64,000 nt of DNA from Tubiluchus corallicola (lineage: Eukaryota; Animalia; Priapulida), in the NCBI GenBank assembly GCA_030141605.1, contig JAQGDQ010000123.1:496001-560000 (forward strand), read 5' to 3'. Each line of letters begins with the position of its first letter. Position 1 is the first letter of the stretch. Shown piece by piece: positions 1 to 14,582 of this stretch. Both the position numbers and the translations under genes were made by a program. The notes below the pieces were generated by a model. That model was not told where the DNA came from, made no database searches, and saw nothing but the letters and a program-made list of their open reading frames with translations.

Positions 1-159
1 TGTTTGCAATCTGCAGCTCAGCTCACCCGGCCACAGAACACAGGACAAAAGTAAATATTTAAAACATCTAAAGTCTAATATTTTAAACTAAAAATGTTTT
101 TATAGCATCCGAAAACATGTGTCAATCTACACTGACTCATTGAAGTTCATTGAAGTTTG

Positions 160-980
160 AATTGCTGTGTTCTTTGCATTACCTCTTTGCTGTGCGAGTA
201 TTTTCACAAGAATTATAAGCTGCTATGTTGTCTGCAATGCCCGTTTGCTCAGCAAGTACTTTCCTATGCACCTGAGCTCTTTATCGGACACATTTATTAG
301 CTAGCCCAACAAAGTTTAAAATGATAAACACAATCCAGATGAAATTCTGAAAATGAAATACGGTTTTCTGTTGTACTGTTTTCATTACCTCATTGCTTTC
401 CAAGTACTTTTACAAGAATTATAAACTGCTATGCTCTTTGCAATACCCGTTTGCTCTGCCAGTACTTTCATAATAAGTTGCTGTGCTTTTTGCATTACTT
501 CTTTGCTTTGCAAGCAGTTTCATAATGAATACACGCTGCTTTGCTATTTGCGTTACCTGTTTGCTCTACGAGTACTTTCGTAACGAGTACAAGTTGTTGT
601 GCTCTTTGCTTTACCTTTTTGCTATGCAAGTACCTTCACAGTGATTACAAGCTGCTGTCCCCTTTGATTTACAAGTACTTTCATGATGAATACAAGCTGC
701 TGCGCTCGTTGTAATACCCGTTTACTCTACAAATACTTTCAGAATGAGTACAAGGTGCTGTGCTCTTTGTATTACTTCTTTGCTCTGTAAGTACTTTCAC
801 CAAAATTACAAACTGCTGTGCTCTTTGCATCACCTCTTTGTTCTGCAAGTATTTTCACGATAAGTACAAGCTGCTATACCCTTTGCAATATCCGTTTGCC
901 CTACAAACACTTTCATAAGTTTATATACGACTGTGCACTTTCCATGGCCTCTTTGCTCTGCAAGCACTTTCACAAGAAAT
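160..980. repeat. Degenerate ~58-bp tandem repeat (minisatellite), about 12-14 copies
   Basis: The motif CAAGTACTTTC...TACAAGCTGCTGTGCTCTTTGCATTACC(T/C)(C/G)TTTGCTCTG recurs, with anchors near 511, 569, 627, then 672, 730, 788, 846, 904, 961 (mostly 58-nt spacing). Confidence 0.85.
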
Positions 981-1023
981 GCAGATTAAATTTCTGAGAT
1001 ACAGAGTCCAGCTTTTTCCACGT

Positions 1024-2592
1024 TGTTATGATATATATAAATCGTATCTATTTAATCCTGGTCGCAAGTGCCAGTTATGATCTATAAATCTTATGATCCT
1101 TTTTATACTGATCTAATACACCAGTTATCTCTTATTAATTATTATATCTTGTGATCGTATAGCATTCACTTGATTTATATATCCATTTAAAATTGATTTG
1201 AAATTGATTCGCTTCCTATCTTAATTAATCGCCACAAGGTGATTTAACACCTGGCTCCTAGGGCTTAAGATTAGTCTATCGGGCGATAATCTAGTCCCTC
1301 TAGACTGACTCTACGACTTCGCACTGTGAGAAAAGTCTTTATCCCAAAAGCTTTCTAGCTTAGCTCCCGCAATTGAGCTTTATTAAATTAATTAATGATT
1401 AATACAATGCGAATCTACAGGTTCGTTATCGAATCTAGTGTTGCTTAACTTTAAACACCTATAAGCATACATGAACTCGTAATTTAAGTCAAAGTGAATA
1501 CTTTTATTGGTTTACAACAATTACTCTTAGCTAGATATTTGTACACGATTTGGTCTTAGACGCTGGTCGGCATTCACAAATAATGTTTTAGCTCCAAGAG
1601 ATACACGAATAATTCACTTATCAATTTTCCGTGCGTTGCACTTAAGGTGCTAAATACAATGTGAAGTATACACTTTACAATCAAACCGTATGCTACACTT
1701 AAGGTGTCTACTACAATGTGAACTACTACTATGCAGAGTTACTCTCAAGTTACAAATGCGTTAAGATTACTTAACTCGGTGGAATGGCCAATGCAACTCC
1801 CGTACACAAATCCAATGCTTCTGTAAGACTATTCGTAGATCCAGTGCTCAGATTAGCTGAGGACGTAGAACGATGGTCCACGCTGGTTCGAAACGAAGTC
1901 TATACACTTGTCAGATTTCCTGTCGCCTCTCTCTGGCTCCTCTCTCCCTGATGTTGCTCTCTGCTCGCACCCAACTAACTAACCACCACGTGTCTTCAAA
2001 CACGGGCTTATAACTCCAAGTTCCGCTTTGCGTAATGTCGCGCTGAAACGCAATATGGTGCAATAGGTTAAAGGTGACATCCTTGGCTTTACCCTGCCAA
2101 GAAGTTTATGACCATCCAGGTGGTTCAAGAATTCTTTCTCCTCCGTGGGAAGTTAGCTGCACGCCAGGTCTGTCTTTCAGAACTCCTTGCTCCCAAAGTT
2201 TCATCGCAAGCTTGGCGTCGGCCATAAAGCTTTCTTTCCAAAGAAGTTTTGCTTCTCGCGACTTCTTAATAATTATATATTCTTAAGAATTACGTGTAAC
2301 TCTGCATATGTTATATAGAGCGTTTATCTACGCTTGCATAAGGTTATAAACAAGATTACGCTTTCTCTTAATGAACACCTGTTTACCTTCAGTAAACGCA
2401 AAAACACACCTGTGAAAATAATTTGCTTCGCATTAAATCTCGTGCCTTGCCAGCTGAGTGAGTTCATATAATCAATCAATAAATTTATCTTATCAAATCA
2501 AAGAGGTATCCGTTTTATCAACTGAATCTAATTCAGTAGATAATTCTATTAATTAATCACCAAATTACCGATTCATAAATTTATTCATAACA
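1024..2592 (-). mobile_element. Putative solo LTR (Gypsy/BEL-like), ~1.57 kb
   Basis: Inverted termini TGTTATGA (1024-1031) and TCATAACA (2585-2592), i.e. TG...CA. On the minus strand a TATAAG (~2007-2012) is followed by a GA-rich stretch and a later AATAAAA (~1502-1508). There is a short internal repeat CACTTAAGGTG...TACAATGTGAA. No clean TSD found. Confidence 0.5.
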
Positions 2593-4157
2593 TTGTACTT
2601 TATCGTACTGGGCATACCGTGGTGCATATCTAATAAGCTCGTCTCTGAGAAATGATCAATGGAACTTCAAGCTATTCTTGAGTACTCCAGAAGCGGGACA
2701 TTAACGGAAGTTAATCAAAACTTAAGTATACTTGTGGCATTCTCGATGCAACCACATGCTGTTACATTCGCAGAATATAAATTTCATTGAGATGAAGCAC
2801 ATGCTGTTACATACGTGAACGTGAATTTTATCGAGATACTATATAACGCTAATGAGAGATGGTTTTCAATAATAAATTCAATAAAGACTACGCATTATGA
2901 TAATTTTACAGGTGCCCAGATCCTCAGATAATTTCTTAAACAAGGCGGAAGACCCTTGGTCTAATGATAAAGGTACTAGAAAGGTTTAAGAAATAAAACA
3001 TAAACAAAAATTGTATTAATGACTCTAACCTGTTCACTTAGCAAGTTACCATGGCAGAGAAGCCATGGGAGCTCATTGATTTTTCTTTTCTTTTATTCTT
3101 TTAAAGTCATAATCATGGTTCAATACTGCTAGAACATATGTATGGAAGAATTTCTGTGAAAAACATAGGGGGTCTAGATGCTGATATACATAATGTAATA
3201 AAATCATTGCAATGTGCGAACGAGTGAAATTCGAAAAGCAGAGTACTGATTAGAGAAGCACGCAAAATCATTGCCTCCCCAGCAGAGCCATGTTATGATC
3301 TTTTGGGATCCCTAGTATAATAAAATTATGGGGCCCCTCGACAGAGCTACCTTCTAATTCGCACGATGATAAAGAAACATGGACCGAGGCCCACGATTTA
3401 CTGCTAGGACCCAAAACTAGGGCCCCCTATGTCAAATAACGCGCCACAATAACAGGCCACACCATTCTTTTAAAATTGGGTTTTTAGACTCCTAGGCCTC
3501 CCTTTTTAATTCAGCAATACAAATAATTGAAATATTATACTCATTTTACGAAAAAGTTAATTTGAAGATTTTTAGAAGAGCACTTCAAGCCTGAGGGTTC
3601 TAGGCAGCAACCTATACTAGCCTTCAGAGTAATATGGCCTGCATTATAGAAGCACCCTTCCATGAAAAATGCCAACAAGCAGAGAATCAGAAGTGTCACT
3701 AATGAATGATTGACTCATAAACGTACAAAATAGACTTTAGCACATGTTGCATTGTTGCTCGCACATAAATAAAAAAATCCGCTCATCAAAAACAGAAGGT
3801 ATGTATCAATTGATGTTCGTCTTCAGTTTAGAGAGAGTCAATCACTTATCTTCGACGATGTCGGGAAAATGAGATCAATACTTTTCTGACAGCACACAAT
3901 CTAGAAGCAATGATGGAACTGAGTTAGATTTTAATAGCAAGTTTTATTTAAATGCGAAATGCGCTTCCGTTAAATCTGTTCACTTAAATGTGCAGTTAAA
4001 TTAGATGACTGTCGTAAAACCCAGTTGAAAAACGTTAGAAGATGCCCAAGGTTTTTTTCGTGGTATTGTGTACAGTAAATATCAGTAACCAAAGTCAAGC
4101 CATGCCTGGGGGTTGGCCCGTAGTTGCCTTGGTGGCTACCTAGTTCACTATTCACTG

Positions 4158-4172
4158 TAATAGTAGTAGTAT

Positions 4173-4208
<36 letters not shown>

Positions 4209-4344
4209 TGGTAGTGGTAGTGGTGGTGGTGGTGGTGGTGGTGGTGGTGGTGGTGGTGGTGGTAGTGGTAGTGGTAGTGGTAGCGGTAGCGGTAGCAGTA
4301 GCAGTAGCAGTAGCAGTAGCAGTAGCAGTAGCAGTAGCAGTAGC

Positions 4345-4412
<68 letters not shown>

Positions 4413-4490
4413 CAGTAGCAGCAGTAGTAGCAGTAGCAGCAGCAGTAGTAGTAGTAGTAGTATTAATAGTAGCAGCCTTAGCAGCAGCAG
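4158..4490. repeat. Compound trinucleotide microsatellite (GTA)n/(GTG)n/(GCAGTA)n
   Basis: Directly visible. It generates the spurious poly-V, poly-T and poly-L ORFs in the track. Confidence 0.97.
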
Positions 4491-7400
4491 AGATAAACAA
4501 GATTCTGGTTCTGCCATTAAGTATCCCTGTCACCGAGTGCTTGAATCCAGCTTGCAGAATGCTGAACTGTAAAACATGTCCGGAATGCGAAGGGTTGTGT
4601 TGCCTGCTTACCACATACGTGCACGTATGCACTAATGTACATTTTGCTTGCACTTATTTGTAAAATGTACAAATTCTAATGACATGGTATGTGTTAAATG
4701 ATATTTCATTTAATACTTCTGCAATAGCTCTCCATTGTGACTTCACAATATTAAAAAACCTCTTCACACTACCCACATCAAACGGTACCACCCACGCCAG
4801 TCTGTTGATGCGCTATCCGAACATCAATAGTGCACGAACGTCCTGTATACAGGTAGTCTTTGCTTACTGCTTGCAAAATGATGGTAATAACCATAACAGA
4901 TGGACGTTTATAGTTGTCGTAGAACCATTTTTTGTTAAACTTTAAAACGCATTGTTTACCGCAAAATGAGTAAATGACAAACTTTTGTATTACACGAAGT
5001 AAAACCAGGCCGGCATCACAGCAAAATGAACGGCTTCATAGAGTTAATCACAAGCGAGTAACTTAAACATCTAAATCCTGCAGTTACTTAACTAAAGGAA
5101 ATTAAAATCTACATTAAACATATTGTATTAGTCATTGTTGTTGCGAATGCCGAGTTTCTCTGATGCACGCTTTCAAAAATGAGGCGCAATTATGCATTTG
5201 TTATAAAACATATACATAGAATAGGAGAAGCCACGCAGGCACATGGCGCTTACGTATTGTAATTTAATTAAACCATGTTCTATTACAATTAAAAATGCAT
5301 TTATTTAACAGTCCACTATAATTCTGTTGGGCACCCTGTGTCAATCCTCAGAATCTTTGAAAATCATTTAAATGCGTTTTTGCATTTTTACGTTAGCAGC
5401 TTATTTACATTTAGACTTACTTATTACTCAAAAATTACTTATTTCTTCAAAATACCCTGAGTTCAGGCATTCTGGAAATATTTAGAAGTTGTCGAAGACA
5501 CGGTAGACTCAATAGAGCTGGCATCCTATTATACACTGACTATGACACAAAATGAATAGAAAGAAATCCAGGAGAAGAACCAACAAGCCATGAAAAGGCA
5601 TGTAATTCCCCATAAAATCTGCTCCAAACAGAGTCTTGAACTGAAACAAACCTGTATATGTAAGCTTTGAAACTTGAAAGGTGGTAGATACCATCTTTTA
5701 GCATGTACATCAAACGCCATTTTCCTATGCCAATGGACATATAACTCAATTATTACTGTTATGCTTGTTAATCAGAGTAAAAAATTCCCTTTATTGTATG
5801 CTTGTTAAGCTATTTTAGCTTAATATTTGTAATTTTATGACTAGTGTGTTTTAAATTGCCATACCTGGTGTAATAAAATATATGAATTAAAAAAAAATCA
5901 TTTATTATTGAGAACTTTACTAAACAGTGAAAAGGATGTAACGTAACAAGCGCGGAATGATCAATGAGCATAGTGGACGTTTTAATTAAATTACTTCATA
6001 CTGCTGTTTCCAATGCTATGGTATTAGTCGTATAGAAGTGGAAAAGATTTCTAATTACAAACAGACTTTCTCTTCCCCTTTCATATAACCGCCAAATGAA
6101 AGGGTAGCCTACAACATGATAGAGCAGCTAATCGCCCAGAAAATATTTTCTTTGCATTCCTACAAACGAATTTCATTAATTCGCTTTTCTGACATCAAAG
6201 CGTTTGAGAAATGTTTAGCGTCACAAAACATTCGTTTTTTCTCCTCTGCGTAGATTAATGCATTCAAGACATTAATCACTAGCATTCAGGAAAACGAGTA
6301 CGTTTTTTAAAGTTCAAACGAGTATTAAACTCCCTAATTTGTGGACTGGCCGGATGTCTGATACACTGAATTGGTCTTTCTGGAGTTCTCCGAACTGGCG
6401 ATGCTTTAGATGTTGACAGGCGATTTAGATCGAGAATTCCGATGCGTTTTGATGAAGTTTTGATGAAACTGATCAATACTGGTGTTTTTACTTTCGCCAG
6501 TAAATAAGTCTCAATGTAAATAAGCTGCCGCTAATTTAAACACAGTAAAATATAAAATACGACAATAATAAAACAAAACGTAGTGTTATTCAAAGATTTT
6601 GATGATCGATATTGGGTGCTTGGCAAAAATTATAGTACAGACAGTTATATAATTATGTTGTAATAAAACAAGTTTTTAGTTAAATTACAATTTTTAATAC
6701 GTAAACGCCCCGTGCCTGGGTGACTTCTCGTATTCTGCATGTTTTATTCAAGATTTCATAATTTGTAAATCATGTAAATACGTAAGTATTTTGGAATGAA
6801 TAATATAATGATAGTGAGGCACGCTGCCACCTCCAGCACCGTTGGTCTTTTATTTCGGTTTTCTGTATGATTTAATACGTACTTACTCTTCCTATGCAAA
6901 GTAAATTACTCTCCAGCGAAATTATACCTTGTACTTTGTAAGCCAACAACTGAGAGGAGCTTGTGAGCCCTCCAGCCGGTATTCCGGGGAGCCCACCGGA
7001 ACTCAGAAGTTTGCTTCGTCATAAAGAAATGGCATACACCCACCTCTCTGCCACGGAAATATTTGTAAGTGAATTTTCGAAACAATGCGTGCTTTGATCA
7101 AGTAGTGTTTACTATCAACATTGATTCGTGACACGAGGTTTGACTGGCAGCTCTGGAATGCTCGGAACGCAACAACCTGGCTTCAAACTGGCTTCCCTTG
7201 TTTGCATGATGATATACTAAGTAAATAATCACATTGCACCGGGTCAAGCTGCAGCTTTAACTACATCTGAACTCATCTTTTTTGCACAAAAATGGAGCTC
7301 ATACTCACTGGTAATGTTCAGAATTACTTCATTACAAGGCATTAGGCATCAATAATATGGTTCTAATTTTATTATTTCATTAATGCTCATTGAAAGTACA

Positions 7401-7789
7401 ATAATATTAATGGTGACTTATACCAGTAGATTTGTTTATTGGCGCTGCTATGAGTATTATAAGCTACTATTTATAATTATGTAAAACTATTACATTTAAT
7501 TCGATTCTGTTCTATTTTTTTCATTTGGACTAGTTCAGTCCCATTGTTACTTATTTGATTTTATTAGATAACTTTTTATACTTAAGTTGTAATGGTGTGC
7601 GGTTGGTGAATACTAAGAATATTAAAGTGTGTCACAGTCAACTTATAGCAATTCAGATTAAGTTGACAGCGACATACTTTCTAACTGATGAAGATCGAGA
7701 AACTGAAAGCTTCTGGTCTGAAATAAACTTTAAACTACAAAGCAATTTTGTGAACTTTATGGAAGAATTTTCATTAATTGTTTTAATTT

Positions 7790-7940
7790 CTAATCTAATA
7801 TAATATAATCTAATCTAATCTGATCTGATCTGATCTGATCCGATCCGATCCGATCCGATCCGATCCGATCCGATCCGATCCGATCCGATCCGATCCGATC
7901 CAATCCAATCCAATCCAATCTAATCCAATCCAGTCCATTC
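7790..7940. repeat. Compound pentanucleotide microsatellite CTAAT/CTGAT/CCGAT/CCAAT
   Basis: Directly visible run of 5-mers. Confidence 0.95.
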
Positions 7941-9559
7941 TACATGATTCTACTACCTCTACAAATCAAATAACGTGCTCTAATAACGCGAATGAGTTAG
8001 CAATACTCTGAACTCAAAATCGCTTTGCCTTCAAATTTATTGTACTTGTGTGTATTGATTAATAGTAACTAGAGCTATAACAGCCGTAAACTTAATGCTG
8101 TTTGCGTGTTGAACGCGTTAAGTACTAGTGCCACATTATAATTGTAGGAGAGGACTGAAACGCCTACACTAATCAGTAATGGCTGCTTGAAATCTTCATA
8201 TCTGCACAGGCAAGCATGTTTATGGTAAAGTAAAAAGTAACGTGCAAATTGAAAGGAAAACGGGACGATTGGTTAAACCCAACTTCCTTTTTACGGTCCA
8301 AAATATACATTTTCTTGTCTATAACAGTTTCTTATATTTTCTGTTTCTTAAATTTCAATAATTCGCTTGGAATGTTAATTAATGGCAACCGAACACAGCT
8401 ATCGGTTATGTCACAAACTAATCACAATTTGTGCGATGGTACACATCTTCCCTAAGCACGTTTGCGTAAGCGAAGATTGCTATAAGACGCCGACGTGATG
8501 TCACGAAAATTGGCTCTACTGATAAAAAGGGAAAACACTGCTGTTCATGATCATGCTTATTAAGGTGCCGCGCCTATCTGTCGGCCACGCGAAAGGTGAC
8601 AAGAAGGCGCCATTACCAGTCTTAGTCGATTCACTGAGCCAGGCATAGCTTTGAACGTTTAACACAATGTAACTGTCCGAGGTAATTATTATTTAATATG
8701 AGCTTTGGTTTAAAAAGCTATTGCAGTTTTCAGTATTTTAGAGCATACGTTATTTTTAGTCAAATGTCTACACAATGACCCGGTTTTCCTTTAATTATTG
8801 CGACGAGCATTATTCAAAGCTATTTATATTTCCAGAACTATTTTGCTTATGTGACACTAAACCCGCGTGTTACAGTCCATACACGACAGTTTAAGCTTAG
8901 CGCGAATGCAAAAATCTCTAGCATGACGTATTGTTTCTTAATACAACAATTAGAAAATATCATAATACTCTCTAATATAAATGACAGTGTTGCACAGTTT
9001 GCAATGGAATTAATCGATAGAGATAAAGAAAGACATTGATGTCTACTTGAAACGCTTGGTATACACTATAATCGTAGTAGATGAGTTGATACGGTCTACG
9101 TCAAGGATTCTTGATATTTTGAGGCACGGAGGACAGAAACACGACATTTTGCTTGTAAACAAGGAATGTTATTTTATGTTACTGAATGATGATTGTCTCG
9201 CACACAACGTATAAGTATCCTTACAAAGTGATGATTGCCTCAAACACAAAGAAAAAGATTATTCTCACAAACATTATGTATATGATCTATTCTCACTTTT
9301 TTCATGCAACTGTACCCAACTTCTTCAAATTAAACATTTTGCATGACTTTCAAGGGCACGTTGGTGCCTGTGCTTGTACTCCAAAGTGGTCCGTAAACAA
9401 TAAGCCAAGAGTTCCTATCGGATAGAAACTACGTGTTAGCGTCACGTCATGTCTGATGGCAGGGTTGCTAATGTACAGGCTGGAAATTCTCCTGTTTCTG
9501 TAAGTTTTGAAGTTAGAAATTTGGGAATTAGCCATGATTTGGCCCTATGAAAGCTCACA

Positions 9560-10140
9560 TTAATAACATTTGTAAATCGTTTAGTTTACTTCTTCGCAGA
9601 ATTGGCGTAGTTCGTAAATTTATAACATTATCTGCAATTGAGCAACTTGGCTTGACTATTGTATTTTTTATAAATTAATATTCCTGCTTAAGAAACTAAT
9701 CGTTTACAACGTCTTCAGAATACTGCTGCAAGAATTGTTACTAAAACTTGACGTTTTGATTATATAACTCGAATCTTAATGGACTAGCTTCCTGTCAAAT
9801 AACGTATTATTTTTAAACTATTGCTTATTATCTTTATACGTGCTTTTACCAGTGCAGCTCCACGTGAATGGAATAAATTCTCTTTTAACTTGCGATCACA
9901 CACTGATTTTTACTGTATTAAAATTAGTCTCAAATCTTACCTTTTTACCGTTTTTATCGTTTAATTAATCTGCCTGGTGAATTTTTTAGTATATATATGC
10001 TTGCATTATTGTGTGTTTATAAATTTATAGTAGTCACTAATTCTAAACCTAAATTTTATGTATTATTGTGTACTATAGACACTGAACTATTCTGTCGATT
10101 TTTGCGCTCTACAAATGATTTATCATTATTACTAAATTAT
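9560..10140 (+). mobile_element. Decayed 3' end of an L2-like LINE
   Basis: Broken frames encode LDYC...RLQRLQNTAARIVTKT.RFDYIT..LPVK.RIIFKLLL, typical of the C-terminus of L2/CR1-group ORF2. It ends in a GCGCTCTACAAAT...(ATT)n-like tail. Confidence 0.65.
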
Positions 10141-11984
10141 TATTGCCACTACGTCGTGAATGTGTCAGCTTGTCTACGAGTGAGATTCTAGTTTTAGAGT
10201 CCGCCTAGTGCTTCGTAAATTGTACTCTAACAAAAAACAATTAGTAATATTTAACGTTCAAAGCGAAACCAAATATATGAAGCCATAGCAGATCCTGTAA
10301 CGTTAAAGAATAAAGCAGGAAAGCTCATATGTTAAAGATAAATTACTCATACCTTTACTTAAAAGAACGTTGGGCAATGTTCACAGCAGGAAGTAAACTT
10401 CAATCAATGATATACGCAACGTAGAAAAAATTGTCGTGTCAAAAGAGTTAACGTTTTCGTCCAGCAGCTGGCTTCACTTGCAGCTAGTGCGCGGTTGTTG
10501 TATTCAAATACCACAGCATCTTCCAACGTTACCACTCATGTTATAAAGCATGAAGCCAAGGCATGCGCTGTTGGTTTTTAAACGTATTGTGACATGGTAA
10601 ATTTATGCGTAAAGAATGCGCAACCAAAGGGGCAGTTTAAAAACTAAACAGGGGCTGCTTGAGTAGGGATTCCGGTCGATAATTGTGGACTTTTAGCAGA
10701 GAAAACCCCCGAGGTGCGTTTACAGTTGCTGACTACGCATTGAAGAGAACTAGCATTTTTGTTTGAGATTTCTGCATCCATAATAACCAGTAATTTGTAC
10801 GCATGAAGTGGTACGTCTACACAAAGAATGGCACACATTAACATAATTTTAAACACGGGAATTACAATAATAAAAATTATATTATAATTATAAAATGATC
10901 TATAAAAATGATATTATAATTACATACTCAATACGACACGTCAGTGAGTAAACAAATGCCTTTAACATTTTATTGCACTTGTGATAGATTGTGTAATAAA
11001 AATAAATGTTTTTATAGGTTATCTTACAGATGTATAAAATACGGTAGACCAAGGTCGACACAATATCCTTTGTAAATTCCTTTCATACAAAGTGTGTGTG
11101 AACATCTGAATCTGCCTACCTTATCTCAGCCGGTTCATTGTTTTTTGTGGAATCAACCTTGATTATCATCCGTGTTCTAGTCACGCATTAGTAATAAGCT
11201 TGGTGTTGAAAACTGGGTTAAGGCGTGCACAGTGTGTCGCATCGCACTATATAAAAAAGAGATCTGACCTACATGTCCTGACAATTTGCAAAGATTCCAG
11301 TGATTTTATATTGTTAAGTAGCCCTCTATCAATAACAACGAGTGGGTTTTGATGCTTATTATCCATCTTGTCTGCAGATAAGCGCCTACGGTGAAATACC
11401 CAACGTAAGTTTGCTTTGGATTCTGAAGAGCGTTGGCAGTAAATGCTTCCATGCACATTTCATCTGCGTAGATAAGCTGATTGACGCACATAACAACAAA
11501 ATATCCTATTTTAAATTCAGTAATTGTTAATTATTAGATGAGTTAAAATACAGGCGACATTTTACTGCCTTGTCTTGAACCATTTGTAACTCTAAAATTA
11601 TTTCAAACGACATTTTCCCCTCTGACGGACACATTTTTTGCAACATATCGCGCACAAAAATTTTGATTTTAATTACTATAAATTTAGTTTTAACATCATT
11701 TTAATTTGATTAGTCTAGTTTGCCTTTTAGTGTGTTTTGTCTTCAATGCTTCAAGGCTGTTACAATGAGTACTAAGTAATCATATTAAAAACTGCATTGA
11801 TTTTAGTGTGAGCGATCTAACATTGGAAATTCAGAATTTGGTTGGCCAGTTATAAGCGATAGAGCTATAAGAGTTTAGACGACTGCCTGGACCACTGGGG
11901 AGTACAATGGCCTACTGGTCTAAGGCATCTGCCCTAGAAGTGCTCTCATGCTCTCATTATTAACAGGACTTAAGGGTAACAAAG

Positions 11985-13710
11985 CCCCTGGTGCAGATGG
12001 TGTCAGTAATTTTTTTTGTTCAAATTGCCAGTTCCGTCATTTCCAAGCCATTAACTTTAATATATAGTCAATCATTTAATACTGGTATTTTTCCTGAACA
12101 GCTTAAACTCACTAAAGTAATTCCTGTTTATAAATCAAATAATAAAGCTAAGTTATCTAATTATCGACCAATTTTGCTATTAAGTGTTTTTTCTAAAATA
12201 CTTGAAAAAATCGCATTTAATCAACTGTCCTATTTTCTTCTACAAAACAAAATTTTATATGACCATCAATTCGGTTTTCGTAGAATCGCATTCAACAGCA
12301 TTAGCATTAATTAAAATAACTAATAAAATTGCAGAGGCGGTTGATAATGATCGGTATGTCTGTGGTCTGTTTATAGATTTATCAAAGACATTTGATACGG
12401 TAAATCATTGTATTGTTCTAGACAAATTGCATTATCATGGTATAAGACATTCAGCTCAATCATGGTTCAAAAGTTATCTTTGTGATCGTCTCCAGTATGT
12501 GGAATTAAATGAATGTAAATCCAATACACTTCCAATTAAGCACGGTGTTCCCCAAGGTTCTACTCTAGGGCCACTTTTATTTCTTCTATATATAAGTGAT
12601 ATGCCACTAAGTTGCTCAAATTTAATCTTCAGACTTTTTGCAGATGATACAAACATTTTAAGCCATTCAAATATAGATAACTTGGAGATTTTATGAATAC
12701 CCAGTTAAATAAAGTATCAGAATGGCTGAATGTAAATAAACTCTCACTGAATAATATAAATCAAATTTCATGATTCTAAAAAAAAGGAGAACACCATCAA
12801 GAAATATCACCACAGTTCTTAGTAATGTTACTGTTGAAAAAAGTCACATGTTAAATATTTGGTAATATTTCTTGATGAGCACCTAGACTGGAAGTACCAA
12901 ATAAGTATAATAAAGGAAAAATTGAGTAAAACCTTGGGAATCATCTATAAATTAGCAAGTTTATTAATAGAGAAACATTGATGAAAATCTATTACAGTCT
13001 AGTTTACCCATATCTAATATATGGCGTCACGTCTTGGGTGGTGTGTATAAACGTAATCTGGAAGCTTTACAAATTACTCAGAACAAATTTCTCAAACTAA
13101 TATATCATGTAAGGTATGACCATCCCTCAAATATAATTTACTTGTCTGTTAAAACTCTTAAAGTGAAAGAAATATATGACATGTATTGTCTTCATTTCAT
13201 GTATCAACATCATAATTCACTACTTCCACCAGCTTTCAGTCATACTTTAGTCCAGTTTCAAAGCAACATGGTCATTACACAAGATAGTCTGTCGGAAACT
13301 ATGTACTCCCTCTTCCAAAAACAAATATAATGAAATAGTAATCAAAATATGACGCTATTTAAATATGGTCATCAATTCTGCGTGAAATGAAAACTTAGTC
13401 TTTATCAATTTAAAAAAGCATCAAATAATTACTTACTACAACGGTTATAATTAATTCACAATTTTACTCATCCTGATCTTAAGTTACTAATAAAACTTTT
13501 TTGTTCTAATGTACTACTATGAAAATACTATGTAATGTTAATTGCCAATTGTTTCACTTATCTGGAGGAGAACTCGAAAGCTTAATGCTCCTTCCTCTTC
13601 CTCACAGTAACTCGTTTAGTTTATAATTCTTTTCAGTGTAATAACAATTTGTATGTATGTTTATGTGTTGCTGTGGAATAAATTCATATTATTCATATTA
13701 TGATTCATGT
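11985..13710 (+). mobile_element. 5'-truncated, frameshifted non-LTR retrotransposon (CR1/L2/Crack group) reverse transcriptase pseudogene
   Basis: ORF pieces 11991-12314, 12184-12696 and 13034-13330 carry RT motifs KVIPVYK..NYRPI.LLSVFSKILEK, FIDLSKTFDTVNH, GVPQGSTLGPLLFLLYISD and LFADDT. The 3' end has AATAAA followed by a short ATTCATATT repeat tail (~13677-13710). Confidence 0.9.
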
Positions 13711-14582
13711 AAGGAAAAGCCATCTGATTCAAATTCAGACTATATGCCAACCATTCATATTTCCTGTCTTTCAAGATCAAAGTTAATTAATTTTGGGTTT
13801 GTACTATTAATATTACGATTATAATGATTAATTAAAACTGCATCTTTGTGTACAGAAAAATTGAAATAATTGAAAATGAAAGTCAAGTTTGAGGCATCAT
13901 TGTTCCCATCTTTCTTTTCTTACATTCCCTCTATATAAATTCTATATAAATATTCTACTGAATCCGTTCATTACTAAACAAATATTAAGCTTTAATCGTT
14001 TTTTTCTTAACATGATGGTGACAAATATGTTCCTGGAATTCTGCCTTGTGGGATTGCATGTTTCTCGCTGACAGTTTTATGTTTTCGATTTTTCCACAAG
14101 CGACTAATATAAAAAAATCAAATACAAAGAAGAGCAGTTGATTTCGCACAGTCTATTAAATTGCTGAACGTAATCGATACATCAATTGTGTCAAACATTA
14201 ATTTTGATATAATTTCATATAATTATTAAGTTTCTTATAACTAAAACACCAAGTGCTTTGCCTGCTTTCTCCAGGCGGATTGTTTTTTAAATTAGTGTGC
14301 TATATATGATTGGCTATGCCAGGAGGTTACCAGTGTTTTTGTGATTTTAATAAACTTTTTTCTTATAAGCTATAAGAAAAGTAACTACGATTTTGCAAAC
14401 TTCAGCCAATTAAACAACTATCCTCAAATACACGTATTAATAATCCTAAATGGTGAAACGATGTGCAAAATGATCTTTTTTAAGACTTTAAAAAGCAATC
14501 TATTTGTATTGGCACTGCGCGAAATTTTGCAGAAAAGCAGCCTTCAACATAAATATAAGTATCGAAAAAGACTGGAAGCGAG

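Noticed and set aside
3283-3641. GGGCCC-rich MITE-like segment with imperfect CAG..CTG ends (a similar one at 47080-47349)
   Set aside because: TIRs are degenerate and there is no TSD. Probably old hAT-like MITEs, but not supportable enough to annotate.
3970-4663. Long poly-T, poly-V and poly-L ORFs, including a signal-peptide-like MAEPESCLSLLLL
   Set aside because: They are by-products of the stop-free trinucleotide microsatellite, with no recognisable domain or supported splice structure.
6279-11530. Possible minus-strand exons or short ORFs (6279-6476, ~6880-7035, ~7288-7360, 11247-11456)
   Set aside because: Some plausible splice signals, but no recognisable protein and no consistent multi-exon frame could be built.
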